Assembly (NCBI RefSeq): GCF_003231495.1
Contig: NZ_PQWO01000010.1
Location: forward strand, 30,001-62,000
Length of the DNA stretch: 32,000 nucleotides
Direction: 5' to 3'
Origin: Acaryochloris thomasi RCC1774
GTDB taxonomy: Bacteria; Cyanobacteriota; Cyanobacteriia; Thermosynechococcales; Thermosynechococcaceae
Every line of letters begins with the position of its first letter. Position 1 is the stretch's first letter. Made by a program: the position numbers and the translations under genes. This document shows, in pieces, positions 7,253 through 14,657 of the stretch. A model generated the notes under the pieces. The model was not told the origin of the DNA. It saw nothing but the letters and a program-made list of their open reading frames with translations, and did no database searches.

Positions 7253-9781
7253 CTAGCTTTCAGAAGCCTGTATAGATCGCCATAAGCTTTCGCAGAAAGG
7301 CTGTAGAGCGATATCTAATGCTGGACTATAAGCAAGAGAGGGGAAAAGCTCAGCCAAAAACTGAGACACCGCAGCATTCTCGACCACTGGGAAAAAGTCA
7401 GACGGAGCAGGACCATCAATGTGGCGACTGAGAACCCCAAAACCAGCACGAACGCGCGGATATTGTTGTAAGGGAGCATTTTTCTTAACCCACTGTTCGA
7501 AAGAATCAGAGCGCTCCATACCTGCCTGAAGAGCCTGAACATCCTGCGGTTTCGGTAGAGCTTGATTGGCCTGCAGTAGCGCTCTTTCAAGCCACTGGAT
7601 CCGTTGTTGAGGCTCTAACCAAGCCTTGAGGATAGGGATATTAGTAGAGATAGCCTCACCTCTAGAGATCGATAAAACAGCCTTTCCAAGGGGGGGGGCA
7701 CTTTTTTCCCATTGAGCTGCCGCAGCGGAGAGATTGCCCTGCCACCAATACACGCCACCTAAACATTGATGCAAGTAGGCCGTTAAAGAATCTTGGGCGG
7801 AGTGAGTCTTTAGCAGTTGTTGATAGAGCTGCACCACCTCTTCTTGTACTTGAGGGTAAAACGTTGCTGTCGGCGGCGATTGCAGCAAGGGACTGGTGAG
7901 AAAGAGAGGATCTCTGAGAATTTCAAGAGCAATGGCCTGCACCCCTAAATCTGCTTTGCCCTGTAACAGCAGACTTTGCCCCAAACTATAGAATCCCCCG
8001 CGTTTGGCAGGCATAAGCTGCGTAGATTTAAGAAAAGATTCAGTTGATTGGGACGGCTGGCGATTCAAGAGCTGTTGCCAACCCAGACTACTGGTCCCTG
8101 ACTCTTGAGAAGGAGACACCTGAACGTGACGCTCGAAAAACTCCAGGCTTTGCCTAGCTCTAACTTGATTAATCTGAGCGTCATCACTACGGACACTGCC
8201 CAAGTTCCAGCCCAACTGATAGGAGTAGTAAGGCTCCCAAGGAGCAAGCTGATGGGCCTGCTCTAGATCCGTAGTAAAGGATTCAAATTGCTCTTCTGCT
8301 AAAGCCGCAAAACCTCGACTAGAAAGCTGCCACGCTCGATGAATAGGCGCGAGCCATATCCCTACAGCCAACAATAGTCCCACTAGTCCCCAGCATAAAA
8401 TCTTGATACGCTTCGTGCTGTGCACCTCAGAAGATAACGGTAAATATTGGCGCAGAAGCGATAGCAGACCGACTAGGTAAAGAATCAGGGTGCCGCTGAT
8501 GCAAACAATATCGAGCTGATAATCAGTCAAGGCAACGATGCCATACCCGCCTAGCCCCGCAAGCAGACTCCAGGACATAATGCGATCGCCCTCTAATTCT
8601 ACGGGCTGTGCTTGCCACAGCCTTACCCCCCAATACACCAACCAGCCAATCATAAAGATGCATAGAGCAATCCCCAGCGCACCCAACTCAGCCCAAACCT
8701 GGGCAGGCGTCCCGTGGAGTTGATACACCAGTTCAGCTTCTCGGCCAGCCCAAGCCGGTCGATAGGACTGGTAAAGTAACGGAACACTGCCGGGTCCGGC
8801 ACCCAAGAGTGGGTGAGCCAGCCCCATTGCCCATCCCGTTGCGTTCGTAATCAAACGAAATGCAACGGTGCTCCCCGCACTATCCCGAGAGAAAGCACTC
8901 ACTAGCAGCGCACGCAGCCGATTGTTCGCCAGTACCGTACCGAAAAGACCAATCAATAGGCCCAGCCCCATCAGCCAACGGAAGCGTGGCGATAGGCGCT
9001 TCAGTAGTACTACTCCAGAGACGGCTACTAGAGCCATGCCCAACCACCCTCCACGGGAACTAGTGGTATAAAGATCCACAAGCCCTAAAAGCGCACCCAG
9101 GCCCCATACCCATTTCCATTTCGATGAGGCCCGTAGGCAAAGCCCTATAAGCAGCGGCAAGGTCAAAACTAGAAAACCCGCCACATAATTTTGGTGTCCA
9201 ATGGGTGCCCAGTTGCGCAGCTCCAATACTGAAAAATCAAAGGAGCGCTCCAGTCCCGAAGCTCGTAAGTCAGCCAAACGGTTCATTTCTGGTAGCAGGG
9301 TTTGAAAGAACCAGAGGCTAAGACTCACCGCAATAAATGCCAAACTCAAGCCACCTTGGGCAGCGAGGAGCTTCTGTCTTCGTGACGGACTAGAACACCA
9401 AGTGTTGAGAGCATAGAGGGCGGCTATTGCACATAATGCAGCCCAACTATGCCAACGAGCCTGCTGCGGGAATTGAGCCAAGAGCGTTGACCCCAATACC
9501 CCCAAAACGGTGAGCGCTGTTCCATAATCAAGGCCATAGCCCAATCGGGTGAGCTGAAACTGCATCCACCACGTTCTGAGCAGCCACAGCCAGGGCAGAA
9601 ATAAGCCAACCTGCCAAAGCAAGACCCAGGGCCAAGCCACCACTAAACTACTGCTGTCGGGCAATAGCGTAAATAGAGCATAAAAGCCAAATGCGAGGGG
9701 GCCAAACAGATCTCTAGAAGAAGATGGCTGGACAGATGTCTTTAGAGACGCAGTTCCATTAGACTCCATTGCAGCTCCCAA
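7253..9781 (-). CDS. O-antigen ligase / Wzy_C family polytopic membrane protein with a C-terminal soluble helical-repeat (TPR-like) domain of about 360 aa
   Basis: 842 aa with many TM segments through about residue 480. The motif YTTSSRGGWLGMALVAV is typical of the Wzy_C/O-antigen ligase loop. The track start is TTG at 9781, but the ATG at 9769 (MESNG..) is the more likely start. The gene converges on the phosphoglycosyl transferase gene with a 7-nt gap. Confidence 0.75.
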   Translation of the reverse strand: MGAAMESNGTASLKTSVQPSSSRDLFGPLAFGFYALFTLLPDSSSLVVAWPWVLLWQVGLFLPWLWLLRTWWMQFQLTRLGYGLDYGTALTVLGVLGSTLLAQFPQQARWHSWAALCAIAALYALNTWCSSPSRRQKLLAAQGGLSLAFIAVSLSLWFFQTLLPEMNRLADLRASGLERSFDFSVLELRNWAPIGHQNYVAGFLVLTLPLLIGLCLRASSKWKWVWGLGALLGLVDLYTTSSRGGWLGMALVAVSGVVLLKRLSPRFRWLMGLGLLIGLFGTVLANNRLRALLVSAFSRDSAGSTVAFRLITNATGWAMGLAHPLLGAGPGSVPLLYQSYRPAWAGREAELVYQLHGTPAQVWAELGALGIALCIFMIGWLVYWGVRLWQAQPVELEGDRIMSWSLLAGLGGYGIVALTDYQLDIVCISGTLILYLVGLLSLLRQYLPLSSEVHSTKRIKILCWGLVGLLLAVGIWLAPIHRAWQLSSRGFAALAEEQFESFTTDLEQAHQLAPWEPYYSYQLGWNLGSVRSDDAQINQVRARQSLEFFERHVQVSPSQESGTSSLGWQQLLNRQPSQSTESFLKSTQLMPAKRGGFYSLGQSLLLQGKADLGVQAIALEILRDPLFLTSPLLQSPPTATFYPQVQEEVVQLYQQLLKTHSAQDSLTAYLHQCLGGVYWWQGNLSAAAAQWEKSAPPLGKAVLSISRGEAISTNIPILKAWLEPQQRIQWLERALLQANQALPKPQDVQALQAGMERSDSFEQWVKKNAPLQQYPRVRAGFGVLSRHIDGPAPSDFFPVVENAAVSQFLAELFPSLAYSPALDIALQPFCESLWRSIQASES
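7690..7698. repeat. G9 (coding-strand C9) homopolymer inside the O-antigen-ligase-family CDS
   Basis: The sequence reads ccaagggggggggcactttttt. On the coding strand this is AGT GCC CCC CCC CTT (..SAPPL.., around residue 695 of 842). Confidence 0.9.
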
Positions 9782-9839
9782 GAATAAACGTTGGTTAAGG
9801 ACAGCACTCAGAGTCTATCTATATAGATCGAGACTTCCC

Positions 9840-10035
9840 TCAGCAGTGAGGATACCCGATTCTTTGGTGAAATTGGATGCAAGGCTGGGTCAAGCGCAAG
9901 TATGCGGCGATGAGATGTTCAGAAACCTGCCGCACGAAAGTCTTTGCCAGCATGAGGCTGAGATCGTCTGCTGATCCAGTGCTGCCTATCTTGGCACTTG
10001 TAATGAGAGCACAACCACAACAGTATCCACAATCA
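9840..10035 (-). pseudogene. Probable decayed PIN-domain toxin (vapC remnant) downstream of vapB
   Basis: An ATG overlaps the vapB stop as ATGA. It opens MIVDTVVVVLSLQVPR and then hits a stop. MIVDT is a typical PIN N-terminus carrying the first acidic residue. PIN-like text continues in another frame (..FVRQVSEHLIAAYLRL..). Only about 200 nt remain before the neighbouring gene start, whereas an intact PIN needs about 390 nt. Confidence 0.35.
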
Positions 10036-10275
10036 TATGGAAAAGCCATCTTTGTTATAAAGGGAGCCTGGACCAAAATCATTGGCTTTACATTTCGCCG
10101 TAGATTGAAGGGTCGCCAAATGTTTTGCTAACCGTGTTTGCCGCCTCAGCCGCCTCTGCTCTCGATACTCATGCTCTAAAGCGGCTTTTACGATCTCGGT
10201 TGGGCCTTGCCCCGTCAGTTCACGCAGTCGCTGAATTAAGCAATTAACTTTGGCATTTTTAATATTGATATCCAT
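10033..10275 (-). CDS. vapB: Type II antitoxin VapB, Rv0623-like (PSK_trans_fac) family
   Basis: 80 aa. The N-terminus MDINIKNAKVNCLIQRLRELTGQGPTEIVKAALEHEY and the C-terminus ..SLYNKDGFSI match the family pattern M.L.IK..E...L...L...TG...TEAV..AL ... LYDE.GLP. Confidence 0.7.
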   Translation of the reverse strand: MDINIKNAKVNCLIQRLRELTGQGPTEIVKAALEHEYREQRRLRRQTRLAKHLATLQSTAKCKANDFGPGSLYNKDGFSI

Positions 10276-10611
10276 ATTTCCATAATTTAATTTCTACAAC
10301 CAAGTTATAGACCATCTTTCTTGGGCAGATACGGAGCAAAAACCGGCTTTATCGATAAAAGTACAAAAGGCTAGAATGCTTTACTGCGGCGGTGTTGGCA
10401 CGTGAGGAGTAATGAGACAAAGCACATTATGTCTATGCAGATCCACTGGCAGAGAACCGTCTTTATCAAGGCTCTATACTCTATGCGGAGAGCTTTCTAG
10501 GTAAGATCACTGAACTTTCATTGAGGTGATATGAAAACGGAAGGAGCTGGGTAATGTAGATGTGGGAGCGAAAACAACAACCTTAATTCCAACAAAGAGA
10601 GACTGAAGAAT

Positions 10612-11124
10612 ATGAAATCTACATTCACTGCTAAGTACCTCCAGCACCTAACTAGCAAGAAGAAGAACAACGAAGGATTCACGCTAATTGAGCTTTTGGT
10701 TGTGATCATCATCGTCGGCGTTTTGGCTGCCATTGCTCTACCTAGCTTCTTAAATCAGATTGGTAAAGCTCGGGGTTCTGAAGCTAAATCTACTCTAGGC
10801 ACAATCAACCGTTCTCAGCAGGCTTATCGTTTAGAAAATAATACTTTTGCAACCGCGACTGGTACTCTAGACGCTAGAATCACCGAAAAATTCTATAATG
10901 TTGGCGTCACTGCAGCGGGTGTCAATACTACCTTTGCAGCTCATACAGCAGCAGCAGTCAATGGTGATCTCAAGTCCTATGGTTCTGCAGTTTCTCAAGC
11001 TGCAGATGGTACATCTTTTTCACAGATTGTTTGTGAGACAGAGGCAAACACTCAAACTGCACCAGCGGTTACATCTACAGCTGCGGGCCATTGTGCTACT
11101 CTCAACAGCAAGTCTGTTGAGTAA
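10612..11124 (+). CDS. pilA: Type IV pilin (PilA-like) with a prepilin N-terminal cleavage/methylation domain
   Basis: 170 aa. The leader MKSTFTAKYLQHLTSKKKNNEG is followed by FTLIELLVVIIIVGVLAAIALP, giving G-1, F+1 and E+5. Two C-terminal Cys residues (CETEANTQTAPAVTSTAAGHC) form a D-region-type loop. Confidence 0.9.
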   Translation: MKSTFTAKYLQHLTSKKKNNEGFTLIELLVVIIIVGVLAAIALPSFLNQIGKARGSEAKSTLGTINRSQQAYRLENNTFATATGTLDARITEKFYNVGVTAAGVNTTFAAHTAAAVNGDLKSYGSAVSQAADGTSFSQIVCETEANTQTAPAVTSTAAGHCATLNSKSVE

Positions 11125-11173
11125 GTAACTTTCACAGATTGGTGAAGGCTACAGCTGCTCAACCATAAGAACA

Positions 11174-11199
11174 TCAGGTAGGTGGAAACATCTACCTGA
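11174..11199 (+). terminator. Hairpin 50 nt after the first pilin stop codon, a candidate intrinsic terminator
   Basis: The arms tcaggtaggt and atctacctga enclose the loop ggaaac. This gives a 10-bp stem with one G-U pair and a 6-nt loop. No clear U-tract follows (caccaataaaatc), so confidence is moderate. Confidence 0.45.
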
Positions 11200-11925
11200 C
11201 ACCAATAAAATCTTCTATAAGATATCGGAAATATTCTAGACCAGAAGTATAAACGCAGGTCATACCTTGGCAGTTTAAGATATGAGTGACACATATTTAA
11301 ATCTTTAACACTACAGTAGTACATATCACACATTCCGAATATTTTCAGACCATAAAGTTTGGATTATATGAAGAACCTACAGAAGGCAAATCCTACTGTT
11401 GCAGCAGTGAAGTGCAAATTGCAAGTCTCACTTCAAGCCCAAACCTAGGTAATCGATGCTTCCATTGGCTTTCAGAGAGTCAATTTACAAATATGAAAAC
11501 AAACTGAGCAGTCAATTGCATTTCAGAGGCTTGCTCTCGACAAAAACATATAAGCCAGCTAATACCTATAGCTAGTTGCTCTCGTTGACGAGACAATCAA
11601 AATTTCAAAGACTTTACTTTACTAGAACTTCAAAGTTCTAGCAATATTATCAGTGCAGTGCACCTTAGCACAATAGTCCGGACACTTTTTTAGTGCCTGG
11701 ATGACCATTCCTCTAGGGTTACGGAGTACCAATGATCATTAAATCAAAGTCAGGTCTGAACCTGAGTTGCATTTAATTCGATGTTTCCTACACTCCATAT
11801 ACTGAAAGCCTTATGGCTACGTTCTGAAAACTGTCCGGAGTATTGTCAGCAAACATTGCACATAAAACATTAATCCTCAAATATCAAAACGCTACAGCTT
11901 CGGTATTTTATTGCAATTTATCTAA

Positions 11926-12417
11926 TTGAAAACAATGTTAATGCTCAATCTATTATATCGGAATAAAGGCTTTACACTGATTGAGTTACTAGTAGCAATT
12001 GTTATTATTGGCGCATTGGGAGCAATAGCTTTACCCAGCTACTTAAATCAAGCTTCTAAGGCTAAAGGATCTGAAGCAAAATCGCATCTAGGAAATATCA
12101 AGACAGCGCAAGCAGCCTATCGGCTAGAGACTAACGCTTTTGCAACGAGCTTAGGCGATTTAGATGTAAGAGTTACCGGTAAATTTTACACCTATTCAGT
12201 TGAAGGCACTCCTACTTCTCTATATGCAGAGCATCGAGCAGTTCCTGGAGCAGGGAATAATGACTTAAGGCGCTATGCTTCTGCAGTATCTCAGCCCAAT
12301 GAGTCAGTATTGACATCAGTTATTTGTCAAAGCGACAGCTCTCTTGGTAGTGGTGGAACCGTGAACGTAGTCGATACAACGCTTGCCTGCGATACTGGAA
12401 GCAGTAAAATTGACTGA
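11926..12417 (+). CDS. Type IV pilin paralog (PilA-like)
   Basis: 163 aa. The sequence ..LLYRNKG FTLIELLVAIVIIGALGAIALPSYLNQASKAKGSEAKS.. aligns closely with the first pilin through about residue 75 of the mature protein and again at Y.SAVSQ and the C..C loop. The track start is TTG at 11926. In-frame ATGs at 11935 and 11941 are alternatives. Confidence 0.85.
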   Translation: MKTMLMLNLLYRNKGFTLIELLVAIVIIGALGAIALPSYLNQASKAKGSEAKSHLGNIKTAQAAYRLETNAFATSLGDLDVRVTGKFYTYSVEGTPTSLYAEHRAVPGAGNNDLRRYASAVSQPNESVLTSVICQSDSSLGSGGTVNVVDTTLACDTGSSKID

Positions 12418-12438
12418 TAAATAGATTTCGATTAGCTT

Positions 12439-14622
12439 ATGGATAATACTTATTCAAGCGATCAAGCGAAAAACTTAGTCCAAGCAGCAAAGTCTTCTTT
12501 CTCTGAAGGCAGGTATTCTGAAGCCGCTCAACTCTATGACCAGTTAGTTTCGCTACAACCTAAGATCAGCACACATTACTGGTACTTGGGTTTATCACTG
12601 CTGCTGATAGAGCAGGAGTCTGAAGCTCAGGCGACATGGCTCGAAGGGGTAGTAGAGTTTACAGAAGACGGCACACTTTCTCTTTTAAGCATTCTAAAAT
12701 TTGAAGTAGAAAGGCTCGAGACAGCCTTCAATATGCAATCAGCATGGTTGGTTCGAAAATACATCCAAGAGATTGACCCTGATGATTTAGAGAACCTCTT
12801 GATAGCTCTTGATCATTCTGCCAACTTAGGATTTCTTGCAGAGTCTGACGAACTAATCTATCAAGTTATAGATTTAATTGGCCAGCATGAACATTTCGAT
12901 AGCGATGCGTTGCCAAAAGTAGTAAGCAGCCTACTCATAAATTCCCCTCATTCTACTGCTGCTGTTGATTTTATAGAGATCTGTATAGAGAAATACACAA
13001 ACTCACAAAAATTAGCCAGTATTCTTTTCTCGATCATTAATGATATTCAGCAAAATCACTCTATTCGCAGAGAAAACGTTATTAGGCTAGTTCATTTATG
13101 TCTAGACTTCTCACCTCAAAACTCATCTGTCTTAATTAACCTAATCTCTCTCTATCAAGAGATAGGTCAATACAATAGAAGCATTGAGTATGGGAAACAA
13201 CTTGTTGAGGTCTCTAGAACTAAATTTGATAGGATCTCGGCAATCTATCTCCTTGTAAAAGGATTTCTTTTGTCTGGCGGCAAGTGGCTAGAAGCAGAAA
13301 GTTCCTATCGAGAGTGCCATCATCTAATTCAAAGTTTTCTGAGCGAATCTCCCAGTCTTGACTTAGATAAATCAATGCGCCTGCTCGTGATTACAGGAGT
13401 AAGTCCCTACTTCTCAGATAATCCAGCAGCACATAACATCATTCGAAAGCAAATAATTCAGTCTTCTTGCACGAATTTTTCTAGGCAATCGATAGATACG
13501 GAGAAGCGGCATCAATCTAACAGGCCTCTGCGAATAGGATATATATCATCTTGTTTCCGCAGGCACTCTGTTGCATGGTTGTCTCGGTGGATTTTTCAGT
13601 ATCATAATTCCGATAAGTTTCACATATATGCTTATTCGCTTAAGCGTACAGATGATGATTTACAGAACTTTATTGCCAATCAGGTACAGAATTTTGTTCA
13701 TGTCTCCCCTGACGCAAAACCTACAGAAATAGCAAAGCATATCCAGCAAGATGAAATTGATATTTTGGTGGATTTAGATAGTATTACTTCTAAGAAAATC
13801 TGTTCTGTCATGATGTTGAAGCCTGCGCCTATCCAAGTTACTTGGTTGGGATCAGATGCATCTGGTGTACCAGTAATTGATTATTTCATGGCGGATCAAT
13901 ATGTTTTGCCTGATACTGCTCACGATTATTACACCTCAAAAATCTGGCGTTTACCTAAGACATACGTCGCGGTTGATGGCTTTGAAGCTAGCACACCCAC
14001 GTTACGTCGTTGTCATTTAAGTATTCCCAACGACGCTGTTGTCTTTTTTAGCTCTCAGACAGGATATAAGCGACACCAAAAAACAGTTCACTTGCAGATG
14101 AAGATCCTGCGCGAAGTTCCTGGTAGTTTTTTCCTGGTGAGAGGATTATCTGATGGAGATTCTGTCCAAGCCTTTTTTGCAGATATAGCTGAGCAGGAAG
14201 GTGTAAGTTTCGACCGTTTTCGTTTTTTGCCAACTTTCCCTTCAGAAGAAATTCATCGAGCCAATTTACAAATTGCCGATGTCGTTCTAGATACCTATCC
14301 ATACAATGGTGCAACTACAACTTTAGAAACGTTATGGATGGGTATTCCTTTAGTTACTCGCGTAGGTGAGCAGTTCGCAGCCCGTAATAGCTATGCCTTC
14401 ATGATGAACGTAGGTGTTGCTGAAGGCATAGCTTGGACTGACGAAGAATATATAGAATGGGGCATCCGCCTGGGCACAGATGAAGCACTGCGCAAGAAAG
14501 TTGCTTGGCAGCTCAAGCAATCGAGACACACCTCACCCCTTTGGGATGCCAAGAAATTTACTTGCGAGATGGAAAACGCCTACTGCCAGATGTGGGCCAA
14601 GTACACCGAACAAGTCAGCTAA
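12439..14622 (+). CDS. TPR-containing GT41 family glycosyltransferase (O-linked GlcNAc transferase / SPINDLY-like)
   Basis: 727 aa. The N-terminus has TPR-like helices (GRYSEAAQLYDQLVSLQP..). The C-terminal GT41 blocks are LRIGYISSCFRRHSVAWL, KPAPIQVTWLGSDASGVPVIDYFMAD, FFSSQTGYKRHQK, and DTYPYNGATTTLETLWMGIPLVTRVGEQFAARNS. It starts 21 nt after the second pilin stop. Confidence 0.85.
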   Translation: MDNTYSSDQAKNLVQAAKSSFSEGRYSEAAQLYDQLVSLQPKISTHYWYLGLSLLLIEQESEAQATWLEGVVEFTEDGTLSLLSILKFEVERLETAFNMQSAWLVRKYIQEIDPDDLENLLIALDHSANLGFLAESDELIYQVIDLIGQHEHFDSDALPKVVSSLLINSPHSTAAVDFIEICIEKYTNSQKLASILFSIINDIQQNHSIRRENVIRLVHLCLDFSPQNSSVLINLISLYQEIGQYNRSIEYGKQLVEVSRTKFDRISAIYLLVKGFLLSGGKWLEAESSYRECHHLIQSFLSESPSLDLDKSMRLLVITGVSPYFSDNPAAHNIIRKQIIQSSCTNFSRQSIDTEKRHQSNRPLRIGYISSCFRRHSVAWLSRWIFQYHNSDKFHIYAYSLKRTDDDLQNFIANQVQNFVHVSPDAKPTEIAKHIQQDEIDILVDLDSITSKKICSVMMLKPAPIQVTWLGSDASGVPVIDYFMADQYVLPDTAHDYYTSKIWRLPKTYVAVDGFEASTPTLRRCHLSIPNDAVVFFSSQTGYKRHQKTVHLQMKILREVPGSFFLVRGLSDGDSVQAFFADIAEQEGVSFDRFRFLPTFPSEEIHRANLQIADVVLDTYPYNGATTTLETLWMGIPLVTRVGEQFAARNSYAFMMNVGVAEGIAWTDEEYIEWGIRLGTDEALRKKVAWQLKQSRHTSPLWDAKKFTCEMENAYCQMWAKYTEQVS

Positions 14623-14657
14623 CGGCAAAGCTATGCGGTCGTGGAGGGACTCTGCAC

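Noticed and set aside
9877-10131. 84-aa + strand ORF overlapping the vapB/vapC-remnant region
   Set aside because: It is antisense to the recognisable VapB antitoxin and the PIN remnant, with no motif. The 80-aa minus-strand ORF 9840..10082 is better explained as an out-of-frame piece of the decayed vapC.
10396-10401. TGGCAC upstream of the first pilin gene, resembling the -24 element of sigma-54 pilin promoters
   Set aside because: No TTGC -12 element lies at the required 5-nt spacing. Cyanobacteria are not known to encode RpoN. This is a chance hexamer.
10500-10504. GGTAA (within CTAGGTAA) about 110 nt upstream of pilin 1, resembling the -12 element reported for SigF-dependent pilA promoters. 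A second CTAGGTAA lies at 11446-11452, upstream of pilin 2.
   Set aside because: The matching -32 element is imperfect for pilin 1 (TATGC instead of TAGGC) and absent for pilin 2. A shared 8-mer in regions of this size is expected by chance. Without TSS data this cannot be supported as a feature.
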